64,000 bases of DNA from Ptychomitrium polyphyllum (lineage: Eukaryota). The stretch spans positions 4,092,001 through 4,156,000 of the forward strand of contig OZ316776.1 of assembly GCA_973851085.1 (NCBI GenBank), given 5' to 3'. The notes under the pieces were generated by a model. The model was not told where the DNA came from, made no database searches, and worked only from the letters and a program-made list of their open reading frames with translations. This document shows, one piece after another, positions 51,448 to 64,000 of the stretch; the stretch's first letter is position 1; each line of letters begins with the position of its first letter. Both the position numbers and the translations under genes were made by a program.

Positions 51448-54073
51448 CTAATAATCAAGCACTGTAGAACCTTGGAACACTCTCTTGGCAGGGCCAGTCA
51501 TATAAATCCGGTTATTTGATTCTCTCCATTCAATTTCCAAAGGTCCACCAGGTAAATCAACGGTGCAGTTCTGCAATAATAATAATAAAAAGAACACCAG
51601 GTTAACTGACTACACAAAATGATAAGGAAAAACCGGTTGCATAACATAGGCACATTAACATGCTTTCCTTATTTGCTATATCATTCGTAAATGGAAATAA
51701 AAAGCCTGTTCTGAACTGCAAGACCTAACAAGAAATCCGCGATTTTTCATTGAACTCACCCTTTCAGCGCGACCTTCTTTCACTGCAGCAACAACTAACG
51801 CACAAGCCCCGGTTCCACAGGCTTGCGTAGCACCTATCAATGAAAACTTGACAATAAGATATCCAAGAAGAAGACAGCATGCTGAAGTTGGGAATCCCAA
51901 TATGGAAAGGGGGAAGAGACTTAAACAGGATTAAATCCTACAAACAACAGTCTTAATTATCTGTACCTGGGCATGCAACGTAATAAACTTGTATGATCCA
52001 TAAATACCTCATAAAAGCAACTGAAACTTGTTAAGAAAGCCTTACCAGCTCCTCGTTCCCACACGCGCATTTTGAGGTGAGTACGTGAGATCACCTCAAC
52101 AAACTCTGAAAACCACGGATAGAAGCTCATATTAGCATATACGGGTCAGCTCTACAGCATTTGTAACTTGATAAAATCAGGCAAAGAATAATAATCGTTC
52201 TACCACAATATACTGGAAAACTTTGCAGCACACATTTGACTGCGTACCTGTATTTGTTCTTGCTGGAAACATTTCGTGATGCTCAAAGAGGGGGCCAATT
52301 TGCTCCAAAGGAAGTGCATCAACATTCAATCCCTAGATAATACAGCATACAAATAAGTATAAACACCCGCAATTTCAGATCTATAATTCTATCCAGCACG
52401 AGGAATTCCGTGCAATGAAATAGATTGGGGCTCTTCTCATGGAAATCTTACCTCTCCTCCTTCCTCTCCAAACGTAATACAGTGGGGGTTGCCCATGCTT
52501 ACACACGTCACCAACCAAGTCTTTCCATCGACCACTAACGGTGCTTTAACAACCTCTCCTTTAGCAGCCAATTTGGTTGGAATCGCAGCCGCTTCCAATA
52601 TTGGAGGTCCCATATCAACACAAACCTGCTCAATATAAGTGCAAAAGTTGCAGACACAACAGTAAGAAGTAGAGTTCAGAATCAATTACCCTCTGTGAAC
52701 AGTAAAAGAGCGTAGTGAAAGACAAAAATGTAAATGCCCCATACCTGTCCATCTTCCCGCAACTCGAGAATCATGTATCCTGCGAGAGTGAGTACTTTGT
52801 AGCTGCAAAACCAAACCCAACAGCAACTCAGTGACAACATGAACATTTGGACTTGAAAATGATCCAACTTACATGAACAGAAGCATGAAAGGGGAAGCAC
52901 AAAATACCTCTTCGGTGCTGTTACCTTCTCAAGGTCAGCAAGATATTTGGCAACACAACGAATTCCATTACCACACATCTGGTTGCAAAAAGCACACAAA
53001 ATGCGACGCAATTTTGAATGAGTTTTTAAAATAAATCAAAAGTCAGCCCTACACCTACGAAGCAGCTATGACATCGAAAAACCTCAAAACTTAATTCACC
53101 GATTCTCAACATTTTGTTAAGGTCTAAAGGTAATGCAAGGCATTATTTAACTGGGCTCCAGTGAAATAACACTAAGCACAACGAAAGAGCAAGGTCATCA
53201 AAGGTCAGTCTCCTTCCAGAAAAGCAGAGCCCATCTCACCTCTGGTTCAGTTCCATCAGAATTGTAAATCCGCATTTGGTAGTCGTCATTGTCACGCATG
53301 ACAAAGATGACACCATCACCACCAATCCCAAGATGACGGTCACTCAAACGAATGGCCTCTGCCGGAGTTATGATTGGCTCCGGTGAATCAAGGTTGTTAA
53401 CCTAAAATATATCGTCTCCACCAAGTTAGAAAGCTGAAACACAAGCACATTGTCTCCTTAATATCTGCCAATTAGAAAGATGAACAAATACCTCAAAATG
53501 TCGCAGTTATCACTTCAAGTGTCAAATTCTTAACTACTCTCGTGATAACCCTGGTAAACCCTAGAAGCAGGGTTCTGCAAACTGTAACAAAAAACTCCAG
53601 AGAATGCTCACCATAATGAAGTCATTGCCGATACCTTGATACTTTACGAACTCCAACGTCCTCTTCAACTCTTTCCCCTTACCTCCATCAGAAGCGGCAA
53701 ACGCCTGCTCGTCAAGACAACCGTGAAAATAATCAAAACCGGCACAAATCCCTCCCCGAACCAAAAAATCCATTACATTCACCATAATTAGAAACCCAAC
53801 TGAGTACCCGACCTCCACACCCAATCCCACCTCCTCCAACCGATTCTCCAGCTTCACGCCGCCACCGCCAGCCCTCCCAGTAGTCTCCGTGAACAAATCC
53901 ACAGCAGCGGCAGACGAGTCCAAATTGACCCTGGCGCCCCACAGCAGCACCGACCTCCGGATGGCCAAGCGCTGCGCCCTCGTCCCCGCAGGCTTCCCAG
54001 GCAAGAACGACGAGCACTCCAACGCTGGAGCCACGGCGCGGTTCCCCACCAACAAATGGTTCCGCAGCGCCAT
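51448..54073 (-). CDS. dapF: Diaminopimelate epimerase (probably plastid-targeted), multi-exon
   Basis: [88 protein letters not shown]. Stop at 51448-51450. Transit-peptide-like N-terminus starting at 54073. Confidence 0.93.
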
Positions 54074-54890
54074 ACCCCCTCTCGCCTGCAGACTTCGAAA
54101 ACCTCCCACTCCCTGAAACTCCCCACCTCCAACCACTTCCTCGAACTCCCCTTGGCGCCGGATCCCAACGACAGCGCCCTCCACTCGCACTCCGCGCTCT
54201 CACATTCCTCTCTCGCCTCCTCCCGCGCCGCCTCCGCCGACACGCAGCGCCCTCGCAACGCCCTCGCGACGCCTTTAACTCCCCTTCATCTACAAAATAA
54301 GTACACTCCTCTTTATTAATTCTACTATCTCCGCAAATGATGCCCTTACGACGCTCACGCTGCCCTCCATCTACTCAGAGCGTACATTCCTTTCTTCAAA
54401 TAAGTCACCGTTTTAGATGATGCCGGTTTTAGGTTCAGAAAGTTCCTGTGCGTGATCGTGTCGTTATCTCGGATATCTATAAATATCTTCCAGAATGGAA
54501 CGTACGTCTGTAGGTGACATAGCGTTATAGTGCAGTGACGCTTTTGGGGTGCTGACCACCCTCGGCGACACTTTGGAGCCTGGGGTTCCGTTTCGATATG
54601 TGAGTTCCTTGCTGTGGGTTTTCAAAGAAGTCATTTCATTGTAGAAGGTTAAGCTCATGGCGTTTTTTGAATTGTAGACCCTGTTGAACATCTCTTTCAA
54701 GAGAATAATTTCGTAATTATAGAATTTTAATTGCCAAATGAGGGGATGTTCTAAAATTTGGAGTTATAATTCTATTGGGTTGGAGGTATTTTTCCATGAA
54801 TTTAGCTGTTAGATTTTTCCTAAAAGATTTTAATTAAGTAAATTAACTGGACACGCACACTTTTTCTATTGGGTTGCATTAGACAGTATC

Positions 54891-55060
54891 TTACATGGTA
54901 TTGTCCATGCCGAGCCAAAGGAGGTTGGTGAGGCCACCATAAGAAGTACCAATGGTTCCAGCGAGTCTGTTAGTTCGAACACCAAAGTACAATAGATTTT
55001 TTACGGTGCCGAAGGCCGCGTGAAGAAACCGGTGAGATTCTTCATCCTGCTCAGGTGCAC
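54891..55060 (-). pseudogene. Short leucine-rich-repeat gene remnant
   Basis: Minus-strand translation NLTGFF/(frameshift)AAFGTVKNLLYFGVRTNRLAGTIGTSYGGLTNLLWLGMDN fits two 24-aa plant LRRs (LxxLxLxxNxLxGxIPxxxG). Confidence 0.4.
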
Positions 55061-56823
55061 ATCATACTGTTCGTCGGCTTCGCCAAAGACGGTGCTATTG
55101 TGAAGTTTAAGGTATTATAGACGTCAGAGATGATCGCAGACATGATCGGTGGAGATGATCGGTGATTGAATTCGGGTTTCGAATTCGTGAGTTCTCGGTT
55201 CCGAATCTATCGCTTGGCGTCGAGGACTTTCGTTCTCGAATCTACGTTCTGGGAGTGCGCTTGAGGAGAATAGCAGTGTGAATTAGGTCCCTGGAGATTG
55301 TTGCTCTTATACCCTCCTATTCCAAATAAGGGATGCGTACCCAAAACCGACATCATTTACCTTGTTTTTACAGAACATTCTTCAAACAGTTGAAGTAACT
55401 CATCCTCACCTTGGGAATTACAAAACTAGTACTCTTCAACTCCTTTGACATCATACCCTTGGATACTAGTGGTACTAGTGATAGTAAGACATAATGACAT
55501 TTGTGTAAAGTTAATATAACTTTACACCAAAGAGGAATTGTTGCTCAAAGATCATCCAAAACTCACAAAAGAATCCAAGCTACAATAGTGAGTACAATAA
55601 CTCACTACTACAAAAATCATTTAGAATTCATAACATGTTTGAATAGTGAACTACCATTCTGGTTAATAATTGAAATGGAAACTACACGTGTTTTGTTATA
55701 GAATGGTACTTTGAGATTTCATATAATATATGTGGTATTTTTTCATGGACAAGATACCTAAATCTAAAGAAAATTTTTATTTAGTTTTACTTTCAAAAAG
55801 GTATTTTCTTCCATTGTTTAAGGGTAATATGTAAATTACACACTGCAATATCATATATAATCTCTTATATCAATTAATTAACATTACCACTATATTCACT
55901 TATTTTTATTATGATCCAGTACAACAATTTGAAATGTAAATAAATTGACAAATTATCATTTTTGAGAGAATATAACATTCCTATTTTGGTAACATGATAT
56001 TATTTAATATTGAGACTATTCACCATATCCTTGGAATGTGGAGAAGTAATAATAAATTATATGAATGTATATGGCAACAATGGTAATTAATATGGAAATC
56101 AAGAATTAATGAGCTGGATTTACAAAAGGCTTCGAGCTTTAGTTGAACCTTTCAATAGCAATGAAATTGTTCTTTTACTATAGATTAATTTAGAAAACAT
56201 AATTGTGATTATAATCAATAACCATTTTAAACATTTTTTGTGTACCTTTTCTAAATTCAAGAAACTTTCTATTCACATCTTTGCATATAATATACACTAT
56301 CCATTTAATCCTTTCCACATTACATTTCAATCTCCTGTGTGTTTGTACATGCTAATGCTTTACATTTGTTTCCTCTGCACTACAAACAATTTTTATGTCA
56401 AACACTTACTACAATTTTATGTGACATAAGTTTGGAATATGAATAGAATGATGACCTTTGCTGCACTTGTTCAAGCATAGAGCTCCAAACGAGTGTTTGT
56501 CTTGGGTTCATTTTGCTCCAGCCTGTAGATGAGCATTATTTACATTCACCATATTATGGATACTGATGGTAAACCTTGAAGTCGTAGTCAATCTTATTTT
56601 GAGTGCTATAACAACTAGTGAGTTACACCAGATTTTGTATCAAAAATTTCTGCTGCTCGAAGGCAACTTTAAGGGTACAGAGAGGTATATAAGGTAGTTG
56701 GACTCATAATCTCCATCCTATCTTTCACATCCTAATCCTACCAGACTATTGTCTGACACAAGAGAATAAAAATGCTCCTGTAATGCGAAGCATAAAAACT
56801 ATTGTAACTCGTATCGTCCAACT

Positions 56824-59800
56824 CTAATCATCCATGCACTGTCGGTAAGGATGAAGTTCGATCAACTCCTCCAACTTCTGCCGAACTCCTGGCAGAGTCT
56901 CGGGAGCTTGCGCAGCCTCTGAAGAATCTTGTGCTGCCTCAAAATGAGGCTGCAACGTCTGGTGTAGGATGAACTGCACATGAACATCCTGCCAATCATA
57001 AGGGTCAATCTGCTGCAGAAGCTCCAGTGCTCTCTCTTCATCTTCTGCGGCCACATATGCTCGAAATAACCTGCACGGATAAAGAGAGGAAATTTAACAA
57101 ATAAACATACCTCAATGTTCAGAGTCCACCGATAAAAGAGAAATTGCAGGCTCAGCAGGCTTGTATAAATTTATAGTAAACAAAACCACCTAAACAAGAC
57201 AAGTCAATAACAAGGAGAAAATGCATTGAAAAAGCTCTCCATTATGGCTCGAGAAATCAGGCACCTGATTTGTGAGAAGACATTCAATGCTAAGCCTTCC
57301 TTCTCCATCTCAGAAACAACTCTCTGTGCTTGTTCGGAGTCGTTCATGGAAGCACAGCCATCGAGAAGAGCTTCTAATGCCATGCGTGAAGGCCTTAAGC
57401 CCAGTTCTCGCATGGCTGCGACAACAGCAAATCCATCATCCACGTCCAACCAGCACATTTCGTTTTCGTCTCGTCCTCCATTTGAAATGTGAAAGAAAAT
57501 CTGACAACAAACCGAAAGCTTACTATAAGATGGACTTATATGACAGTTATAGCATATCTTGCACGACATGTGAAACTGATTAATTTTACAAGAACACGCT
57601 ATTCTGTGTATGAATATGCTTATGATACAAACCAGGAGAATACCTTGTCAAAAAGAACAGCCACATCTGCAATATTTTCATCTTTCACTTTGCGCAGAAA
57701 CTGAAGAGCTCGTCTACGTAAACAAAATGAAAATCCCGTCAAAAAATTTACAAAACAACTTCAAACAGTGAATGAACAGATTCAACATACACAATAAGTT
57801 GTTTTCAGGAATTGACTTTCAGTAACATGTAATCATGGATTTAATTTTTTTAAAGAAACCTGTCTATCCCTACCGTATCAACTCACCCCAGCTGATTATG
57901 CCGTATACAACCCAGCACCACATTGATACATCGAACATTCAGAAATTCAGCACGATGTTGGTAGGTCAATTTCGTCCATAGATTCTCCTTGCGGCAGTCC
58001 TCAAAAATGCTAAACATGCCGTCCAGATCCCCGACTTTTCCAACAGCAACCTGCCATTCCAATATTTCCAAATTGAAGATACGAAGACAATAAATGTGAG
58101 CTGCTGTTTAGAAACGAGAGACTTCAGGAAAGGCTTCTACATAAAGTTCTAACGTAAGAACAACAAAGTATCAACCCCGCTGCAACTAAAAGTATGACTG
58201 ATCAACCTCACATAAATCACGGGGATAAGTGGGTGCATAGACCCTTAGACCATAGTACCAGTAAGATTCCAACTGAATAAGCCTCTGGGAAAGCACCTTC
58301 CCTCCTAAGAGCTCCATACAATGCTCGAGCTTCCTTAAGACGGCCAGCCAAAGCCAAACCAGCCAAAACAGCACTCTTCGCCTCAGTGCCTACCACTTCA
58401 CCTCTTCTCTCTATTTCCTTGACCATCTGCAAGTTAAAATAGCAATTCAAATGTCAAAAGCATCTAAAGTCGAACTAGATTGGGTAGAGAAACATGTCTA
58501 ATAATTCCACGAACAGGAGCATCTCTGGACTTAAGAGTATCTCTACGACGGAAAACGCCATAGACGCACTTACTGTTGCTTGGGGAATATTGACTGATAG
58601 AAACGAGATGGACAAGAGTCTTAAACTGAAGTGCTTCAATCTACAGGTTTCCCGGATGGAGAGCATCTAAACAAACGGCTGCTGTAAAACAACACTAGAT
58701 TGACTTGGTTCAAAAAGCTCGCGTGGCTAGTTCCAACTCAAATATGCGCTCCCCAAGAGATGTTAATGTACCAGTAATTTCCATATGAAATCAAATTCAC
58801 CGTTCACAGTTATGAGAAGAGTAAGCTGCTACCTCAATACTACGTTCAAGATTTCCACATCTTGCAAACACAGAAGCCATCGCAGAATATAAGGCTGCGT
58901 TAGGCTGCACCCCACGCTGTCGCATGCTCTCAAACAACTGCAAGCACCCGACAGAACATGTCATGTCATTTCAAGTGGATGTAAGTAATGTCAAATTACA
59001 GTAGAGATGTGAGCAATTTAAGCCCCATAAGACTTGAATCAATTAGATTTGAGAACTTCACGATTGACTTCGTCTTCGGTACAAATAATAGGGTACGTGG
59101 CAATACCTCAACAGCCTTATCCTCATTCCGCACCATAGAGCACGCAAATATTAGCATTGAATAGGTGTAACTATCCGGCTGAACTCCAGCAATCAGCATT
59201 TCCTTCAAAACCTCTAACGCTCGGTCTAACCTTTCCTGTTCCACCCTTCCCAAGTTACCATCTATGGATTTGCGCAAATAATCCAGCAAAGAAGCATTCT
59301 ACTAACGTCCCTCAATTGCAATATATCAGCTTTCAAAGAGGTATTCATGAGACGCTTCAACTTGGTCTCTGCGTATATAACTTCATTTGCTATGCTTATT
59401 TTTAAAACAAAAGAAAAGGGTGAACAAATACTGTATACCATCACGAAATTCAAAAGTGCCAAGAGATCAGTGCATGTAATCAGGTTTCATGAAACATTTC
59501 AACAGAGAGCGAGATATGTATAACCTATATCACTACAACATTACCTGAGTACCAAAACCCATAATAAGAGGGTTATAGCAGTGTGCATTCGGCTGTATCC
59601 CAGTCCGCTTCATTTCTGCAAGTAAATTATAAGCCTTCTCCATCTATAAGTTCCACAACGACACGGCAAGGATGAAGTAAGCTAATTTTGATCACTTTTT
59701 TAAGCATAATAAACGATACCCAACACAAAGCATGTCAGACTAGAGTATATTTGAACTTTGATCAAGAATTTCCAAAGTTGTACTTGTGAATGTTAATCAA

Positions 59801-62800
59801 ACTTTACACTCTTAGTAATCAGAATGTCTATTGGCAACATTCCTTTACACACAAAGGTAACATTTACATGAAGTAAAATAGTGAAGCGCTTGTTATCATT
59901 GATTTCGTAATCTGTAACTTACATCTCCAAGCTTGACGCAACAGTTGATTAGTGTGCTATATGTCACTACTGATGGCTGCACACCAAGTCTGCTCATGGC
60001 AGCCTTCATTTCAAACGCCTGATTGCAACATCACACAGGACAAATGTAAAGCCAGCCGGTTCTTTCCATGGACCTCCTGTTCCTAGTTCTACTGTCGGAA
60101 ATGCAAATATAACTACAAAAAGAACTCGCAATTGCTAATACTTGCAGGATTACCTCTTCATGCATACCCCAACGTGCAAAATCGCAGATGAAAGGATTGA
60201 ATGCGTACGGGGACAACTTTGTCCCTCTTTCTTGCATCTCGTCCAAAAGATCTAGTCCCCACGATACCTGTCATAAGAAAGGAAAACAGTGACGTCAACG
60301 AGTTTTAAAAAGGAGCTCTGCAAAGCAACTCCATACATGATTCCCGTCTTAGAAACTGCAGCTGCTCATCGCCTTACCTTCTCCTTCTATGTCTCTGTAA
60401 ACTGGCTAATCATGCTATACTAGTACAAGCAGTCGGAAAGTGGTGCCTACCACATTTAGTGTTAACACAAGAGTCAAATAACCCACATGAGACTGTCTGA
60501 TAACTTACATGGCCATGCTTACAGCATGCATCAATAAGAATGTTAAAAACTTCAGGAGGTGCTTCTATTCGACACTGCTCTTCAACGTCTCTTCTAGCTC
60601 GTAATGTTTCATCCAACTGTAAACAAATATAAAACTAAGTAAGCACATCTAACGTATACAACACATTGCACCAACGTCAGCTAGCAAGACTGCTTAGAAG
60701 GGAAAGGATTCAAAGGAAGATATTGCAAGTTGGCAGATTGCACAAGATTTACTCAATTATACAAAACTATCAATCTAGTATATCAAAAATAGCAATTTTC
60801 CAAACCGATCAGACTGCAACACCAGCATAATGCAGGATCAAGCATAACTGTGTTCACCTTGTTGGATTTAGCGGAACCCAGAATATAGCCTACAAAAGCG
60901 TGACTCAGCTGTTCTGGACTTCCTCCTGAAAATTCCAGATCAAGGACACGTCTCAATACCAAGACACCAACCACACACAACCGCGATGTAGACAAAAGCT
61001 GAAATCGCCCGCAAAAAGAGAGAGGGAAAACAAGAGAACGGTGAAAAGTTCAACTAAGAATTTACCTGATTTCTTTAAAAGGGTAAGACAGCTTAGGGCA
61101 GCTTCATGTCTACCATGCTTTCCAAGACATTGGAATGCAGATGCAGTGCCCTTACCAGAGTTCATGACCGGCAACACTCTAGGAAGCAAGTCTATGAGCT
61201 CATCAACTCTGTCCTCATGCGAAAACGTGCTCAAAAAATGGGCTGCCCCAATATGTCAACCATGTTCCCCCAAGCCATCGAATCATTCCTGTCCCATCAG
61301 TAATCATGTTTCTCAAACCAGATAGTTACAGTAACCTTAAATCTCCATTCCAAATAACCCCTTGCTTGGGCACCGTACAAAAACCGTAAAACATGTAGCA
61401 ACCGTTCCTATAACTTTTTAACATAAAAGTCGCAAGACTCTTAAGAATAAGTCCCAAGTGGTTAGATTGGTTCGAGATGTCAGGAGTCTCACCATCCAAA
61501 GAAGAAGCAATGTTATCGTTTTCTTTCTTAGCTTCGATGTAAAGTCTCTCGGCCTTTTTAAAATCACCCACTTTTAATGCCAAACGAATCTCATAGAACC
61601 CAAACACTCCAGTAAACGAAACTCCATCTTCTGCCATTAACTTCTTAAGTTTTTGAAATTGAGCGTCACGCCCCCTTGCTGGAAGCCATGCCATAATGGG
61701 CTTATAGGTCAGCTCATTAGGTCGAATTCCCCTGCTCCGCATCTCATGTAAAAGTTCCAAAGCCTTAGAAGCCAAGGCTTCGCTCTTGGCAACCTCCTTC
61801 AATCCTTGCTGTCCAGAATGATGAAACTTTTCATCATCCTACGATACGGACACATGTTGCAACATTTATTTGTCACTATCCAGTGTCTATGTAAATAGAC
61901 TCGCAAGTTCCCAATGAGGAATAATAAGCTCAGCTTACCGTCAAAGTAGATGGAAGAAGTAGAGGCTGGACACAACTAGAATTAATGAATACCCTATCGA
62001 GCATGGCATTACATAAAAGACATGTGATTCAAATTGAGGATCCTTTGCATGATAAAAGTCGCGAGAAAATTCTGTTTGCAGAAATCACCAAAATACGAGA
62101 ATATGCATATGAATTCAAAATAAAGAACGCCCAAAATCTTACCGCAAGTTCCATGAGTGCTCGAATGACAATGGTGTAAGGCACCACATTGGGAGTCACT
62201 CCAGCTTCCTCTATAAGCTCAAAGACGGGAAGGGCCGTCTCATTTCCCACGTGCCTTACACATTGCGTCATAAGACGAGTATACAGGTATACATCTAAAC
62301 CTTTCTCATCTGAATCAGCTCCTTCTATGAGCAGACGCTCGTGAGCTGCCTTTAGCTCTACAAACTTTCTGTCCTTAGCAAGCTTGAAGAGCTTCATTAT
62401 CCTCGGGTCCTGAATGAGCTCAGATGTGGGCTTCGTCTCCACCCCGGGACGCCCTCCTCTTCCATACTGCTTTGTTTTCTTTTCCACATCACCGTTGCCA
62501 CTTTTTTGTAAATTCAGGTCAGAAGATCCAGCCGATGCTGCCTGTGATTCTTCCACATGACTAGATTCTGTAAACAAAACAAAAAAAAAAGTGAATCCAA
62601 GAATGTCGTGTTACTGTGGCAACGCAATGCAGAACCAAAAGTCGTCTATACAACGAATGTTTTTAAATTAGGGCTTAGGGTTTATCACATGAAAACAAGT
62701 ATATACTCCAATACCGTAATCGAAAATCTGCACCTAGAGGTGTTGCTGTAGAAACGAAAGACATTCGCCAATCAAACCACAACCATACAACAAAAACTCC

Positions 62801-62955
62801 ATACATGACGAAATCGTCAAGAAGAACCCACCCGAAGCTGGCAATTCCTCGAAAGCAGCACTCGATTGGCGCACCACGGAAGTGGAAAACAGCCCGCAAT
62901 TCCACACAGAAGCCACTCGCAACGCTCCTTGCAAGCGCACGCCGCGCCGGATCAT
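56824..62955 (-). CDS. P-class pentatricopeptide repeat (PPR) protein, many exons, probably organelle-targeted
   Basis: Repeated PPR motifs: GVTPNVVPYTIVIRAL, EMRSRGIRPNELTYKPIM, VFNILIDACCKHG, GVQPSVVTYSTLINCC, GVQPDSYTYSMLIFAC, GLRPSRMALEALLDGC. Arg-rich N-terminus MIRRGVRLQGALR..GLFSTS. Exact exon boundaries not resolved. Confidence 0.88.
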
Positions 62956-64000
62956 CTTATCTCAGCCGCATACTCCCACCCACCTGCTTCCACAATCATT
63001 CCTCCACCATCACCCCAACTTCCAAACCCTAAACGCCCTTAAAAAACATCCAGCAGAAAACACCTCCCCAATGGAACCTGATCCTCATAAACCCACACCA
63101 CCAACTCAAAGCCTCCCGGGCATCCGCCTGGGCTCCCTCCCAGAATCTGCAGCATCACTCAAAGCCCATCGTCAACCCGCTATGTTCGTTTCAGCCTCTC
63201 AAAACCAAGCACCGCCCAGGAAAAGCTCCTGCGTTACACTGACAGCCACATTGCAAAACCATCCCACCAATTCTTCGAAACCGATTCGAGTCGAGTCGCT
63301 CTGGAATTCCACTACAAACTCCAACTCAAACTCACCATCGCTGCAAAGCTTCACTTGCTGCTTCAGACGCCGCCATCCACCTGCATTTGATACCCTCTGT
63401 AGATAATCGTGTTTTCAGGGTATAAATTTAAACGTAGCTGCTCTACCCGGGCATGGGTTTCTATTGCGGGTATCGTAACTCCAGAACTCGTTTCCGGATA
63501 AGTTTGTGGTATCAGGGGCATTTTCCCATGCGCCACGTGGCTTGAGGTCTCGCGGTCTGGAGGTTCAGATTATGTGTTTCCATAGAGAAACGCTTAGAAA
63601 AATAGTTTTTCGTTTCAAAGTACTGTGTCCACAACACACGACCCACCACCAATTGAAGTTTTTAAATGCTCAATGGAAGGGTGGCTCCTATCCCACTAGC
63701 TTTGAGTTCTTGAGTGCTTTAGCATAAGAGTGCACCATGGAAGTGCTCTTGAGTTTTTCCATTCAGTTTTGCCATTCAGTTTTGCCATTCAGGCTGCTAA
63801 ATTGTGAGTGGAATGTCACATGGAAAAGTCCTCTTACAGAGTACTTGTGAGTTTAACCTTTTAGTCATCAAAAACATATAGTATTTGTATCTTAATTTGT
63901 TAAAGCTATATTTTTAGTTGCGGATTCTAAGTAAATTATTTAAATGTGAATTAATTTTTTTATGATGAAACAAGTGCTTTGAGCAATATTCACGTCATCT

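Noticed and set aside
51448..54073. dapF and bacterial-type rps17 as recent horizontal transfers or contamination
   Set aside because: Both have spliceosomal introns and are standard nuclear-encoded organellar genes in plants.
63752..63791. 13-bp tandem repeat (AGTTTTGCCATTC, about 3 copies)
   Set aside because: Short slippage-type repeat with no supporting context.

Overview
Plant nuclear DNA with spliceosomal introns. The gene set and LTR families suggest a moss such as Physcomitrium patens (inference). The dominant structure is a gene-bearing palindrome of about 34.5 kb. Its two ~13.0 kb arms (8751-21771 and 30150-43170) are inverted copies with x <-> 51921-x symmetry and no net indel, and I found no mismatch in any ORF or spot check. 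Each arm carries a B3/REM gene (intact in the right arm, 5'-truncated in the left), an alpha-Aurora kinase and a mitochondrial-type rps17. The ~8.4 kb spacer holds nested Gypsy/chromovirus LTRs and one apparently chimeric near-full-length element. At both the outer and inner ends the arm homology continues but is clearly diverged, and a third Aurora fragment (48636-49175) likewise has an identical core followed by a diverged tail. This pattern suggests an old duplication kept identical by arm-to-arm or ectopic gene conversion; assembly collapse is the main alternative. Outside the palindrome there is a degenerate chromovirus with nested LTRs and a hAT remnant (1-7000), a second divergent B3 gene, a PWP2 pseudogene, diaminopimelate epimerase, a small LRR remnant and a multi-exon PPR gene.
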